Positions 38,933 to 47,653 of a stretch of DNA of 49,066 bases are shown in pieces. This DNA comes from an uncultured bacterium (lineage in GTDB: Bacteria; Actinomycetota; Actinomycetes; S36-B12; UBA5976). Position 1 is the first letter of the stretch, and each line of letters begins with the position of its first letter. The position numbers and the translations under genes were made by a program. Under the pieces are notes generated by a model. The model was not told the DNA's origin. It did not search any database and worked only from the letters and a program-made list of their open reading frames with translations. The stretch lies in contig CAXBQV010000002.1 of the NCBI GenBank assembly GCA_963978265.1, positions 1 through 49,066 on the forward strand, in the 5' to 3' direction.

Positions 38933-38975
38933 CTCCGCTAGATCCACCAAATCCTCTCCATGCTCCCCCTACCCT

Positions 38976-39515
38976 TTGCGGGTGGCGCAGCGCAGACAGG
39001 GTGGCTCGATCCGCGGGACGCGGGTCGGCTCGGGGCCTTCCTCGTACCGTGGCCCCCGTGAGTCCGGCGCCCCGGACCGCCCCGCCGTCTCGGAGCCGAT
39101 CGCCCATCCGGAAGTTCCCCGCGAGGTCATCGACCACTCGTTGGCCCGGAAGGCGGCCATATTCGACGTGCTCCGTACGGGTGGTTTCAACTCCGATGCC
39201 TGTGACGCCGACCCGTACCTCCTTCGCGCGGCGAAATGGCACGGCGAGGAAACCGGCAACGACTGTCCCATCTGTGGCAAGGTCGAACTCGTCGAGCTCA
39301 CCTATGTGTACTCGAAGGAACTCGGCGCGTTCTCCGGACGCTTGCACCCACGTGGCGAAATCGCCGCACTTGCACAGGATCATGGCGTGCTTCGCGTGTT
39401 CGTCGTAGAGGTCTGTCAAGGTTGTCACTGGAATCACATGGTGAAGTCCTACGTTGTAGGTGATGGGATTCCACGTCGGCCGAAACGTCGACCGACAGAC
39501 TTGGATTGGTACTGA
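38976..39515 (+). CDS. DUF5318-family zinc-ribbon protein (Rv0049-like)
   Basis: The conserved core is DPYLLRAAKWHG...CPICG...VEVCQGCHWNH. The only canonical in-frame starts ahead of the core are TTG 38976 and GTG 38982, which imply a Gly/Arg/Pro-rich N-terminal extension of about 50 aa. The stop overlaps the ponA ATG (TGATG). Confidence 0.75.
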   Translation: MRVAQRRQGGSIRGTRVGSGPSSYRGPRESGAPDRPAVSEPIAHPEVPREVIDHSLARKAAIFDVLRTGGFNSDACDADPYLLRAAKWHGEETGNDCPICGKVELVELTYVYSKELGAFSGRLHPRGEIAALAQDHGVLRVFVVEVCQGCHWNHMVKSYVVGDGIPRRPKRRPTDLDWY

Positions 39516-41431
39516 TGGCACGACTTCCGTGGCGCACGATCATCACATCGATCGTGGGCATCGGACTCCTCGGTGTCATCGTTTTCACCTATTTCGTCAT
39601 CACCACCCCGATCCCCGCACCGAGCGACATCTCCCGCGCGAATTCGACGATCGTCTACTACTCGGATGGCAAGACCGAACTCGGTCGGATCGGTGAGTAC
39701 AACCGAACCGAAGTCCCGCTGTCGAAGATTCCACTGCAGCTCCAGCGAGCAGTACTCGCGGCGGAGGACAAAGACTTCTACAACCATGGCGGATTCTCGA
39801 TCACAGGTATCGCACGCGCAGTCATCGGCAACCTCACAAGCGGATTCAATGCCGGCGGTGGCTCCACGATCACCCAGCAGTACGCCAAGAATGCGTACCT
39901 GACGCAGGAACGCTCCATCAAGCGCAAAGTCAAGGAACTTGTGTTGGCGGTGAAGTTGGAGAGTTCATCGAGCAAGGACATGATCCTGCAGAACTACCTC
40001 AACGTCTCGTACATGGGTCGCGGTGCATACGGCATGCAGACTGCGGCCCGTGTCTACTTTGCGAAAGACGTATCGCAACTCACCATCTCCGAAAGTGCGA
40101 TGCTGGCGGCACTGCTGAAATCACCCGAGGGCTTTGCACCCGAGAAGCGGCTGTCACGATTGAAAGCCCGATGGAATTACGTGCTCGACCAGATGGTCGA
40201 TGCCGGATGGTTAACCGAGTCGAAACGCAAGGAACAGCAGTTCCCGATCGTCATCGAACGAGTGAACGCGAACACCCTTTCCGGCCCTAACGGGTATGCA
40301 CTCGATATGGTCAAACGAGAGCTGATCGGACAGGGCTACGACGACGCAACGCTCGGAATTGCCGGTATGCGCGTCGTCTCGACGTTCGATGCAGATGCTC
40401 AGGTTGCTGCAGTTCGAGCAGTCGAGAAGGAAGGCCCGAAGTCCGGAACTGACGGGCTGCGTATCGGATTGGCCGCTGTGCGGCCCGGAACCGGCGAAGT
40501 GATCGCGGTCTACGGTGGCCCGGACTTTGCAACCGAGCCGTTGAACAATGCAACGCAGGCGATTGGTCAGGCCGGCTCCACGTTCAAGCCATTTGCATTG
40601 GCTGCAGCCACTGAAGCAGGCGTGGGTCTCGACACCAGCCTTCCCGGCAAGTCCGGAACGGTTGTTGCCGGGTACCGAGTTGTGAATTACAGCAACGAGA
40701 GCTACGGGCCGATTTCGCTGCTGTACGCAACCGAGCACTCCGTGAACTCCGCATATGTGACGCTCACCTACAACATCGGAGTCGACGCGGTGATGAACGC
40801 GGCCTCGCGCGCAGGCATCCCCGACAACACCGCCGGCATCGAGCGGAACCTGACATTCGTTCTCGGTACTGCTTCACCGCACGTCATCGATGTTGCAGAT
40901 GCATACGCAACATTTGCCGCTCGCGGAGTGAAGGCGCTGCCGTTCACCATCAAGGAAGTCCGCTCTTCGAATGGCGGCATCATCTATCAGGCTGCGATGA
41001 AGAATGAAACCGTGTTCGAGCAATACGTTGCGGACACAGTGAACTCCGCATTGCAGCGCGTCGTCACGAATGGCACGGGTTTCGCGGCGGCGAAGGCGGG
41101 CAGACCGGTTGCCGGCAAAACCGGAACCACGAACGACAACATGTCGGCCTGGTTCGCCGGCTATTCACCCGACCTCGCAGCTGCGGTGATGCTCGTGAAG
41201 GAGGATGCGAAGGGAGTGCCCGTCACACTGCGTGGTACCGGCGGACTCAGTACGGTCACCGGTGGATCGTTCCCTGCGCGCATCTGGACCGCATTCATGA
41301 AGGCCGCGTTGAAGAAGCTGCCCGCAACAGACTTCGTCGAACCTGTTGAGCCGTTGCCGGTCGACACCGCAACACCAACGCCGACCGATAGCCAATCACC
41401 CGATGATGCGGCGCAGCCGATCAGTCCGTGA
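39515..41431 (+). CDS. ponA: Class A penicillin-binding protein (glycosyltransferase + transpeptidase)
   Basis: GT51 motifs EDKDFYNHGG and GGSTITQQ, transpeptidase motifs STFK and KTGTT, and a Pro/Thr-rich tail are present. ATG 39515 is preferred to TTG 39506. Confidence 0.92.
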   Translation: MARLPWRTIITSIVGIGLLGVIVFTYFVITTPIPAPSDISRANSTIVYYSDGKTELGRIGEYNRTEVPLSKIPLQLQRAVLAAEDKDFYNHGGFSITGIARAVIGNLTSGFNAGGGSTITQQYAKNAYLTQERSIKRKVKELVLAVKLESSSSKDMILQNYLNVSYMGRGAYGMQTAARVYFAKDVSQLTISESAMLAALLKSPEGFAPEKRLSRLKARWNYVLDQMVDAGWLTESKRKEQQFPIVIERVNANTLSGPNGYALDMVKRELIGQGYDDATLGIAGMRVVSTFDADAQVAAVRAVEKEGPKSGTDGLRIGLAAVRPGTGEVIAVYGGPDFATEPLNNATQAIGQAGSTFKPFALAAATEAGVGLDTSLPGKSGTVVAGYRVVNYSNESYGPISLLYATEHSVNSAYVTLTYNIGVDAVMNAASRAGIPDNTAGIERNLTFVLGTASPHVIDVADAYATFAARGVKALPFTIKEVRSSNGGIIYQAAMKNETVFEQYVADTVNSALQRVVTNGTGFAAAKAGRPVAGKTGTTNDNMSAWFAGYSPDLAAAVMLVKEDAKGVPVTLRGTGGLSTVTGGSFPARIWTAFMKAALKKLPATDFVEPVEPLPVDTATPTPTDSQSPDDAAQPISP

Positions 41432-42518
41432 TGCGAACGTCGTCTGCACGCGTGATCGTGTAGCGAACATTCGCCGGTAACACCGATCCGACGTGTGGTG
41501 GCTCGGTATGCCGCGGCACCCACAGCAACGACACGAGTTGGTGGGGCGGTTCCGCGAACCAGAGTGGCGTGCCCTCCCATGAGAACGGCGATTTCACGCG
41601 ACCGGCTGCGTTGAATGCCCCAAGGCCCAACGCGACCAACCGTTGCCGCAGCGTGCGAACCGGTGACGGCGCGTGTAGAGCGACACCATGCGAGGTGCCA
41701 CCGCTGACGGCGATGACGAAGCCGTCAGAACCCGCTGTGCGATGGTTGTAGCCGAAGGTCTGGCCGCGTTGCACACGGTGCACCGACAGCACAGTTCCCC
41801 GTGCTTGGAGAAAACTGCGGTCGCCGAACCACAGTGCAGTACCGATGCGGAGGCTGAAGCGCAGATCGGGATTGTGCCGACGGAGCATCTCCAGCTGCTG
41901 TACGTCGACGTGGCTCAACATGACGTGTGCACTCGTGTCGAAATCTGCGATTTCGTCTGCCAACTGCAGGATCTCGTCGAAGTCGGCGCTGTTCGGCTGC
42001 ATCGGGAGATGGACTGCCAGGCCGTGCAGACGCAATCGACCGCTGGACACCGCCTGTGCGGCATGCTTCCATGCTTCGCGAAGCTTCGGGCCTTCGAATC
42101 CGAACCGTCGCATCGACGTGAGTCCCTCGAGCACCACTCGCGGATGCGCGAACGTGTCGATGACAAGATCCAACCCGCGCGAGGTTGCGACTGTTGCGAT
42201 CAGCCGAGGGCCGAGATGCGATTGCGACAACTCGGACCAGCTAGCGGCGGCCACTTCGTCACGCGGATCGATCGGTTCGAGCACGATGACATCACCGTGG
42301 AAGTCGGCGGCGACGCTCTCGACCTCGAAGACGGTCCCGACGGCGATTGCCCGAACGCCGAGTCGGGTTGCTTCTTGGGCGAGCAACGCCTGCCCGAGAC
42401 CGTAACCGTTCGCCTTGATCACCGGAATGAGCGCCGCCTCGGCACCATGCACCTGATCGCGCACCTGTTGGGTATGCGAACGCCATGCATCGCCGGCGAT
42501 CGAGATCGAGAAGGTCAC
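41421..42518 (-). CDS. Alanine-racemase-family PLP protein (function uncertain)
   Basis: VIKANGYGLG matches the alanine racemase PLP-lysine motif. Length and layout fit an N-terminal barrel plus a C-terminal domain. It is divergent from canonical Alr. Confidence 0.7.
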   Translation of the reverse strand: MTFSISIAGDAWRSHTQQVRDQVHGAEAALIPVIKANGYGLGQALLAQEATRLGVRAIAVGTVFEVESVAADFHGDVIVLEPIDPRDEVAAASWSELSQSHLGPRLIATVATSRGLDLVIDTFAHPRVVLEGLTSMRRFGFEGPKLREAWKHAAQAVSSGRLRLHGLAVHLPMQPNSADFDEILQLADEIADFDTSAHVMLSHVDVQQLEMLRRHNPDLRFSLRIGTALWFGDRSFLQARGTVLSVHRVQRGQTFGYNHRTAGSDGFVIAVSGGTSHGVALHAPSPVRTLRQRLVALGLGAFNAAGRVKSPFSWEGTPLWFAEPPHQLVSLLWVPRHTEPPHVGSVLPANVRYTITRADDVRITD

Positions 42519-42527
42519 GGCGACAGG

Positions 42528-43637
42528 TTACCGGCGTGCGAGATACAGATCGAAGATGCGCGCCAGGAGTGGTCGCAGCGGGTAGTCGAATTCCCCGAGG
42601 AATTCAACGGCATTTCCACCGGTTCCAAGTTTGAAGCGGATCAATCCGAACAGTGGATCGGATTCGTCGAGACTGTCACTGATTCCGCGCAGGTCATACA
42701 CGCTTGCACCCGCATTCAGTGCATCGCACATCATTCGCCACTGAATCGCATTCGACGGCCGCGCATCCCGATCGATCGTCGTGGAGGCTCCATACGAGTA
42801 CCAGACATGCGTACCGACGCGCACCCACAGTGTGGCCGCCCCGACATGGTCACCGACATGAGCAAAGTAGAGGCGAATATGGTCGTCTTCGGAGAGCGCA
42901 TCCCACATGCGCTCGAAGTAGGCGAGGGGGCGCGGCGTGAACGCATCTCGCCGCGCGGTCTCGACGTACACCTCGTGAAAGGCGGCGAGATCGGTTCGAG
43001 TTCCTTGGCGAATGCTGACATCGGACTTCTCGGCCTTCTTCAGATTCCGTCGCCAGAGCTGGTTGAAGTTACCGAGCAACGACTCCTCGGTTTCTCCGAT
43101 GAGATCCACCTGGAATACGTAGCGTGGCTGGACGTCGCCGAACCCGGCCGCTGATTCGCGTTGCTTCCATCCGGATTGCAGGAGTTGCGTTCGCAACTGC
43201 ATCGCACCACTGAACTCCCTGTCGGCGGGGAGATCGCGAAGCCGTTTCCCAGGACCGATGCCGGACTTCAAGGTTTCGTTGCTCCACTGCCGAACCTTCA
43301 CGGGTGCACCGATCTTCAACGAGAACGCGCCGTGCGCTTTGGTGTGAGCAATGAGCGGGTGCAGCCAGCGATCAATACCCCAGGTGTCCAGCCAATCGAT
43401 GTCGGGGCCCTCCGGCAGATATGCCAACGCCTTCTTGATCCGTGGAATCCACCGATACAGCACCAGCCCCGCGCCGACGAGTTGCCCACCCGAGTCGAAC
43501 CAGCCGACGGATTGCGAGGTCCAGTCGGTCTTCACATCCGCCCATGCGGGCAGTTGCAGGAACGACAGCGTCCTTCGCGCAGCCCATGCGCGGTGTTCGT
43601 CGCGGCTGATGACGCGAAGCGCCAGGTCGTGCGTCAC
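42528..43637 (-). CDS. FemAB-family peptidoglycan interpeptide-bridge aminoacyltransferase (FemX-like)
   Basis: FLQLPAWADVK, WYSYGAS and NAIQWRMMCDALNAGASVYDLRG are typical FemAB family signatures. A GTGA overlap joins it to the xthA stop. Confidence 0.85.
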   Translation of the reverse strand: MTHDLALRVISRDEHRAWAARRTLSFLQLPAWADVKTDWTSQSVGWFDSGGQLVGAGLVLYRWIPRIKKALAYLPEGPDIDWLDTWGIDRWLHPLIAHTKAHGAFSLKIGAPVKVRQWSNETLKSGIGPGKRLRDLPADREFSGAMQLRTQLLQSGWKQRESAAGFGDVQPRYVFQVDLIGETEESLLGNFNQLWRRNLKKAEKSDVSIRQGTRTDLAAFHEVYVETARRDAFTPRPLAYFERMWDALSEDDHIRLYFAHVGDHVGAATLWVRVGTHVWYSYGASTTIDRDARPSNAIQWRMMCDALNAGASVYDLRGISDSLDESDPLFGLIRFKLGTGGNAVEFLGEFDYPLRPLLARIFDLYLARR

Positions 43638-44404
43638 GAAAGATCCACCACCACCGGCGCGTGGTCACTCGCACCTTTCCCCTTGCGTTCCTCGCGGTCG
43701 ACGTACGCGTCTGTCACGCGGTCGTGGAATGCGCGATTGGCCATGATGAGATCGATGCGCATGCCCATGCCCTTCTGGAAGGCGAGCTGCCGGTAGTCCC
43801 AGTACGTGTAGTTCTTGCCCTTCAGGGAGCGCGGAACGACTTCACGCAGGCCGACGTCGTGCAGCGCGGCGAGTCGGGCGCGCTCCTCCGGCGACACGTG
43901 CGTTGCACCGTCGAAGACAGTGATATCCCAGACGTCGTCGTCGGTCGGAGCGATGTTGAAATCACCGATCACGGCGAACGGCTGGTCGCCAGCATCGTCG
44001 GCAACCGTGCGCTTCAATGCATCGAGCCAGTCGAGTTTGTAGTGGAAGTGGTCGTGGCCGAGTTCGCGGCCGTTCGGGACGTAGACCGACCACACCCGAA
44101 CGCCGTTGAAGGTGGCGCCGATTGCGCGGGTTTCGACCCCGCCGTCGAACAATGGCTGGTCATGCAGGTCGCGCCGGACGTCGACTGCGGAAGCCTTGCC
44201 GATGAGGGCCACCCCGTTCCATCGGCCGTTTCCATGCGCTTCGACGTGGTAGCCGAGCGCCTCGAAGCCGGCGGAGGGGAAGGCCTCGGAGGTGCACTTG
44301 AGTTCCTGCAGGGCGAGGACGTCGGGCTGGTTTGCCTCGACCCAGGCCAGAACCCGGTCGATTCGGGCGCCGATGGAATTCACATTCCACGTAACGATCC
44401 GCAT
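43634..44404 (-). CDS. xthA: Exodeoxyribonuclease III
   Basis: MRIVTWNVNS...DVLALQELK and the C-terminal SDHAPV motif are present. Confidence 0.93.
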   Translation of the reverse strand: MRIVTWNVNSIGARIDRVLAWVEANQPDVLALQELKCTSEAFPSAGFEALGYHVEAHGNGRWNGVALIGKASAVDVRRDLHDQPLFDGGVETRAIGATFNGVRVWSVYVPNGRELGHDHFHYKLDWLDALKRTVADDAGDQPFAVIGDFNIAPTDDDVWDITVFDGATHVSPEERARLAALHDVGLREVVPRSLKGKNYTYWDYRQLAFQKGMGMRIDLIMANRAFHDRVTDAYVDREERKGKGASDHAPVVVDLS

Positions 44405-44408
44405 ACGC

Positions 44409-44489
44409 GAAGCCTATGTGGGAAGTTTGGCCGGCCGGCCGTCGTTTGAGCAGGCACGGGGTGCCCTTCCGATCACCGGAATAGGCTTC
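44409..44489 (+). repeat. 9-bp perfect inverted repeat bracketing the clpC leader region
   Basis: GAAGCCTAT (44409-44417) and ATAGGCTTC (44481-44489) are separated by a 63-nt spacer. The spacer contains GGCCGGCCGGCC and the mini-hairpin GGCAC-GGG-GTGCC. Confidence 0.3.
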
Positions 44490-44517
44490 CCCCAACGGCA
44501 CCAAAGGAGTTGAGCCC

Positions 44518-47013
44518 ATGTTCGAGCGGTTTACCGACCGAGCCCGGCGAGTGGTCGTGCTTGCGCAGGAAGAGGCGCGCATGCTCAATCACAACTACAT
44601 CGGCACCGAGCACATCCTGCTCGGCCTCATCCATGAAGGTGAGGGTGTGGCGGCGAAGGCGCTCGAGAGCCTGAGCATCTCCCTGGAGGCCGTGCGCTCC
44701 CAGGTCGAGGAGATCATCGGACAGGGCCAGCAGGCGCCGAGCGGCCATATTCCATTCACGCCTCGCGCGAAGAAGGTCCTCGAACTCTCGTTGCGGGAAG
44801 CACTGCAACTCGGCCACAACTACATCGGCACCGAGCACATCCTGCTCGGCCTCATCCGCGAAGGCGAAGGCGTCGCTGCGCAGGTCCTCGTAAAGCTCGG
44901 AGCCGACCTCAACCGCGTCCGTCAGCAGGTCATCCAGTTGCTGTCCGGCTATCAGGGCAAGGAACCCGTTGCAGCGAGCGGTCCGGCGGAAGGTACGCCG
45001 TCGTCATCACTCGTCCTCGACCAGTTCGGTCGCAATCTCACGCAGGCTGCACGCGAGCAGAAGCTCGATCCGGTCATCGGTCGTGAGAAGGAGATCGAGC
45101 GCGTGATGCAGGTGCTGTCACGCCGCACCAAGAACAATCCGGTCCTCATCGGCGAGCCGGGCGTCGGCAAGTCCGCGTGCGTCGAAGGACTCGCGCAGAT
45201 GATCGTCGCGAACGATGTACCGGAAACGCTGAAGGACAAGCAGATCTACTCGCTCGATCTCGGTGCACTCGTTGCTGGTTCCCGCTACCGCGGAGATTTC
45301 GAGGAGCGCCTGAAGAAGGTGCTCAAGGAGATTCGCACCCGTGGCGACATCATTCTCTTCATCGACGAGATCCATACGCTCGTCGGTGCAGGCGCAGCCG
45401 AAGGTGCGATCGACGCCGCCAGCATCCTGAAGCCGATGCTTGCACGCGGTGAACTCCAGACGATCGGCGCGACCACACTCGACGAGTACCGCAAGCACAT
45501 TGAGAAGGACGCGGCACTCGAGCGCCGCTTCCAGCCGATCCAAGTGAACGAGCCAACGCTTGCGCACACCATCGAGATCCTCAAAGGACTCCGCGATCGT
45601 TACGAGAACCACCACCGGGTCTCGATCACTGACAGCGCGCTCGTTGCCGCCGCCACACTCGCGGACCGCTACATCAATGACCGCTTCCTGCCCGACAAGG
45701 CGATCGATCTGCTCGATGAGGCAGGTGCGCGCCTGCGCATTCGCCGACTCACTGCGCCGCCGGAGCTGCGCGAGTTCGACGAGAAGATCCTGAAGGCGCG
45801 ACGCGACAAGGAATCCGCCATCGACGCGCAGGATTTCGAGAAGGCAGCTGCACTTCGCGACACCGAGAAGCAGTTGATCAACGCGAAGGCCCAGCGCGAG
45901 CAGGAGTGGAAGGCCGGCGATCTCGACGTCGTCGCCGAGGTCAACGACGAACTCATCGCTGAGGTTCTTGCAGCCGCAACCGGTATTCCGGTGTTCAAGC
46001 TCACCGAGGAGGAGTCGGCGCGTCTGCTGAAGATGGAGGACGAGCTGCACAAGCGCGTCATCGGTCAGGAACAGGCGATCCATGCGATCTCGCAGGCGAT
46101 CCGTCGTACCCGTGCAGGCCTCAAGGACCCGAAGCGTCCGGGCGGCTCCTTCATCTTCGCGGGACCGTCGGGTGTCGGTAAGACGGAGTTGTCCAAGACA
46201 CTTGCGGAATTCCTCTTCGGCGACGAAGACGCACTCATCGCACTTGATATGTCGGAGTTCTCCGAGAAGCACACCGTCTCGCGCCTCTTCGGCTCACCGC
46301 CCGGCTACGTCGGATACGACGAGGGTGGACAGCTCACCGAGAAGGTTCGACGCCGTCCGTTCTCGGTCGTGCTCTTCGACGAAGTCGAGAAGGCGCACCC
46401 GGACATCTTCAACTCGCTGTTGCAGATTCTTGAAGACGGCCGCCTCACGGACTCACAGGGTCGGATGGTCGACTTCAAGAACACCGTCATCATCATGACG
46501 ACGAATCTCGGCACCCGCGACATCGCGAAGGGCCTGAACATGGGCTTCGCCGCCGGCGACGACTCGAAGTCGTCGTACGAGAAGATGAAGGTCAAGGTCC
46601 ACGACGAACTGAAGCAGCACTTCCGTCCGGAATTCCTCAACCGCATCGACGACATCGTGGTGTTCCACCAGTTGTCGCGCGAGGAGATCACGCAGATCGT
46701 CGATTTGATGGTCGATGGACTCGAGAAGCGACTGAAGGACAAGGACATGGGCATCGAGCTCACGCAGGCAGCGAAGTTGCTGCTCGCGGAGCGGGGCTAC
46801 GACCCAGTGCTCGGTGCTCGTCCGCTCCGTCGCACGATCCAGCGCGAGATCGAGGATGTGCTGTCGGAGAAGATCCTCTTCGGCGATGTCCGGCCGGGAC
46901 AGATCGTGGTTGTCGATGTCGAGGGCGAAGGCGCCGAGGCGAAACTGGTCTTCACCGGCAACGACCGCTCGCCGTTCCCGGACACTCCGCCGGTCGAGGT
47001 CGTCAGCGAGTAG
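44518..47013 (+). CDS. clpC: ATP-dependent Clp protease ATP-binding subunit ClpC
   Basis: [21 protein letters not shown] Clp_N repeats, two AAA+ modules (GEPGVGKS; GPSGVGKT) and a UVR-like linker are present. AAGGAG RBS. Confidence 0.97.
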   Translation: MFERFTDRARRVVVLAQEEARMLNHNYIGTEHILLGLIHEGEGVAAKALESLSISLEAVRSQVEEIIGQGQQAPSGHIPFTPRAKKVLELSLREALQLGHNYIGTEHILLGLIREGEGVAAQVLVKLGADLNRVRQQVIQLLSGYQGKEPVAASGPAEGTPSSSLVLDQFGRNLTQAAREQKLDPVIGREKEIERVMQVLSRRTKNNPVLIGEPGVGKSACVEGLAQMIVANDVPETLKDKQIYSLDLGALVAGSRYRGDFEERLKKVLKEIRTRGDIILFIDEIHTLVGAGAAEGAIDAASILKPMLARGELQTIGATTLDEYRKHIEKDAALERRFQPIQVNEPTLAHTIEILKGLRDRYENHHRVSITDSALVAAATLADRYINDRFLPDKAIDLLDEAGARLRIRRLTAPPELREFDEKILKARRDKESAIDAQDFEKAAALRDTEKQLINAKAQREQEWKAGDLDVVAEVNDELIAEVLAAATGIPVFKLTEEESARLLKMEDELHKRVIGQEQAIHAISQAIRRTRAGLKDPKRPGGSFIFAGPSGVGKTELSKTLAEFLFGDEDALIALDMSEFSEKHTVSRLFGSPPGYVGYDEGGQLTEKVRRRPFSVVLFDEVEKAHPDIFNSLLQILEDGRLTDSQGRMVDFKNTVIIMTTNLGTRDIAKGLNMGFAAGDDSKSSYEKMKVKVHDELKQHFRPEFLNRIDDIVVFHQLSREEITQIVDLMVDGLEKRLKDKDMGIELTQAAKLLLAERGYDPVLGARPLRRTIQREIEDVLSEKILFGDVRPGQIVVVDVEGEGAEAKLVFTGNDRSPFPDTPPVEVVSE

Positions 47014-47016
47014 TCG

Positions 47017-47625
47017 CTACTGCGTGAGTTCGATCGCGAACGGTTTGCTTACCACGACGTCGTTGCGCGCATAGATCAGGTACTTGCCGGGTTGTGAATC
47101 GGCTGCTGCATTCGTGCAGTTCTGACCGGAGTTCAACCCCGACCACACCTGGGTATTGCCGAACACGGCATCTGCTTTCATCAATGCGACTTGCGGTTTG
47201 GCGTCCTTCTGGCAAGCGTCCGATGTCCAGACCACGAGACCGTCGGGATTGGTGACGTACACCTCATTCACCAAGGCGCCGACATCCCGATTGCACGCAG
47301 CATCTCCGACATTCTGGATTCGCATGGCGATGGTGATCGGCTGGCCGATCACGTACGTCTGTGCATCCGCTGTGACACTGACCTTGATGTTGCTGTTCAC
47401 GCAGTCGGTGATCGTGGGTGTCGGCGTGGCCGACTTCGTCGGTGAGGGGGTTTCACTCGGTGTCGCAGTCTGGGTGACGTCCGCAGTTGGCACGGATGCG
47501 GGTTCCGGTGCCGGTTCGGAGCGGAAGAACACGAATCGCACGAGCAGGAGCAGCGGCACGACGACCACCGCAACCACAACAAGTCGACGACGTCGATAGA
47601 CGGCTGCTGCTTCACGCTTGCCCAC
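47017..47625 (-). CDS. Membrane-anchored extracytoplasmic protein with Pro/Thr linker and 4-Cys domain (unknown function)
   Basis: RRRR followed by a TM segment, a PT-rich linker, then about 130 aa with four Cys (TDC...AAC...DAC...QNC). GTG start. Confidence 0.65.
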   Translation of the reverse strand: MGKREAAAVYRRRRLVVVAVVVVPLLLLVRFVFFRSEPAPEPASVPTADVTQTATPSETPSPTKSATPTPTITDCVNSNIKVSVTADAQTYVIGQPITIAMRIQNVGDAACNRDVGALVNEVYVTNPDGLVVWTSDACQKDAKPQVALMKADAVFGNTQVWSGLNSGQNCTNAAADSQPGKYLIYARNDVVVSKPFAIELTQ

Positions 47626-47653
47626 AGGCGCACGTTAGCAACATCATGCAGCC

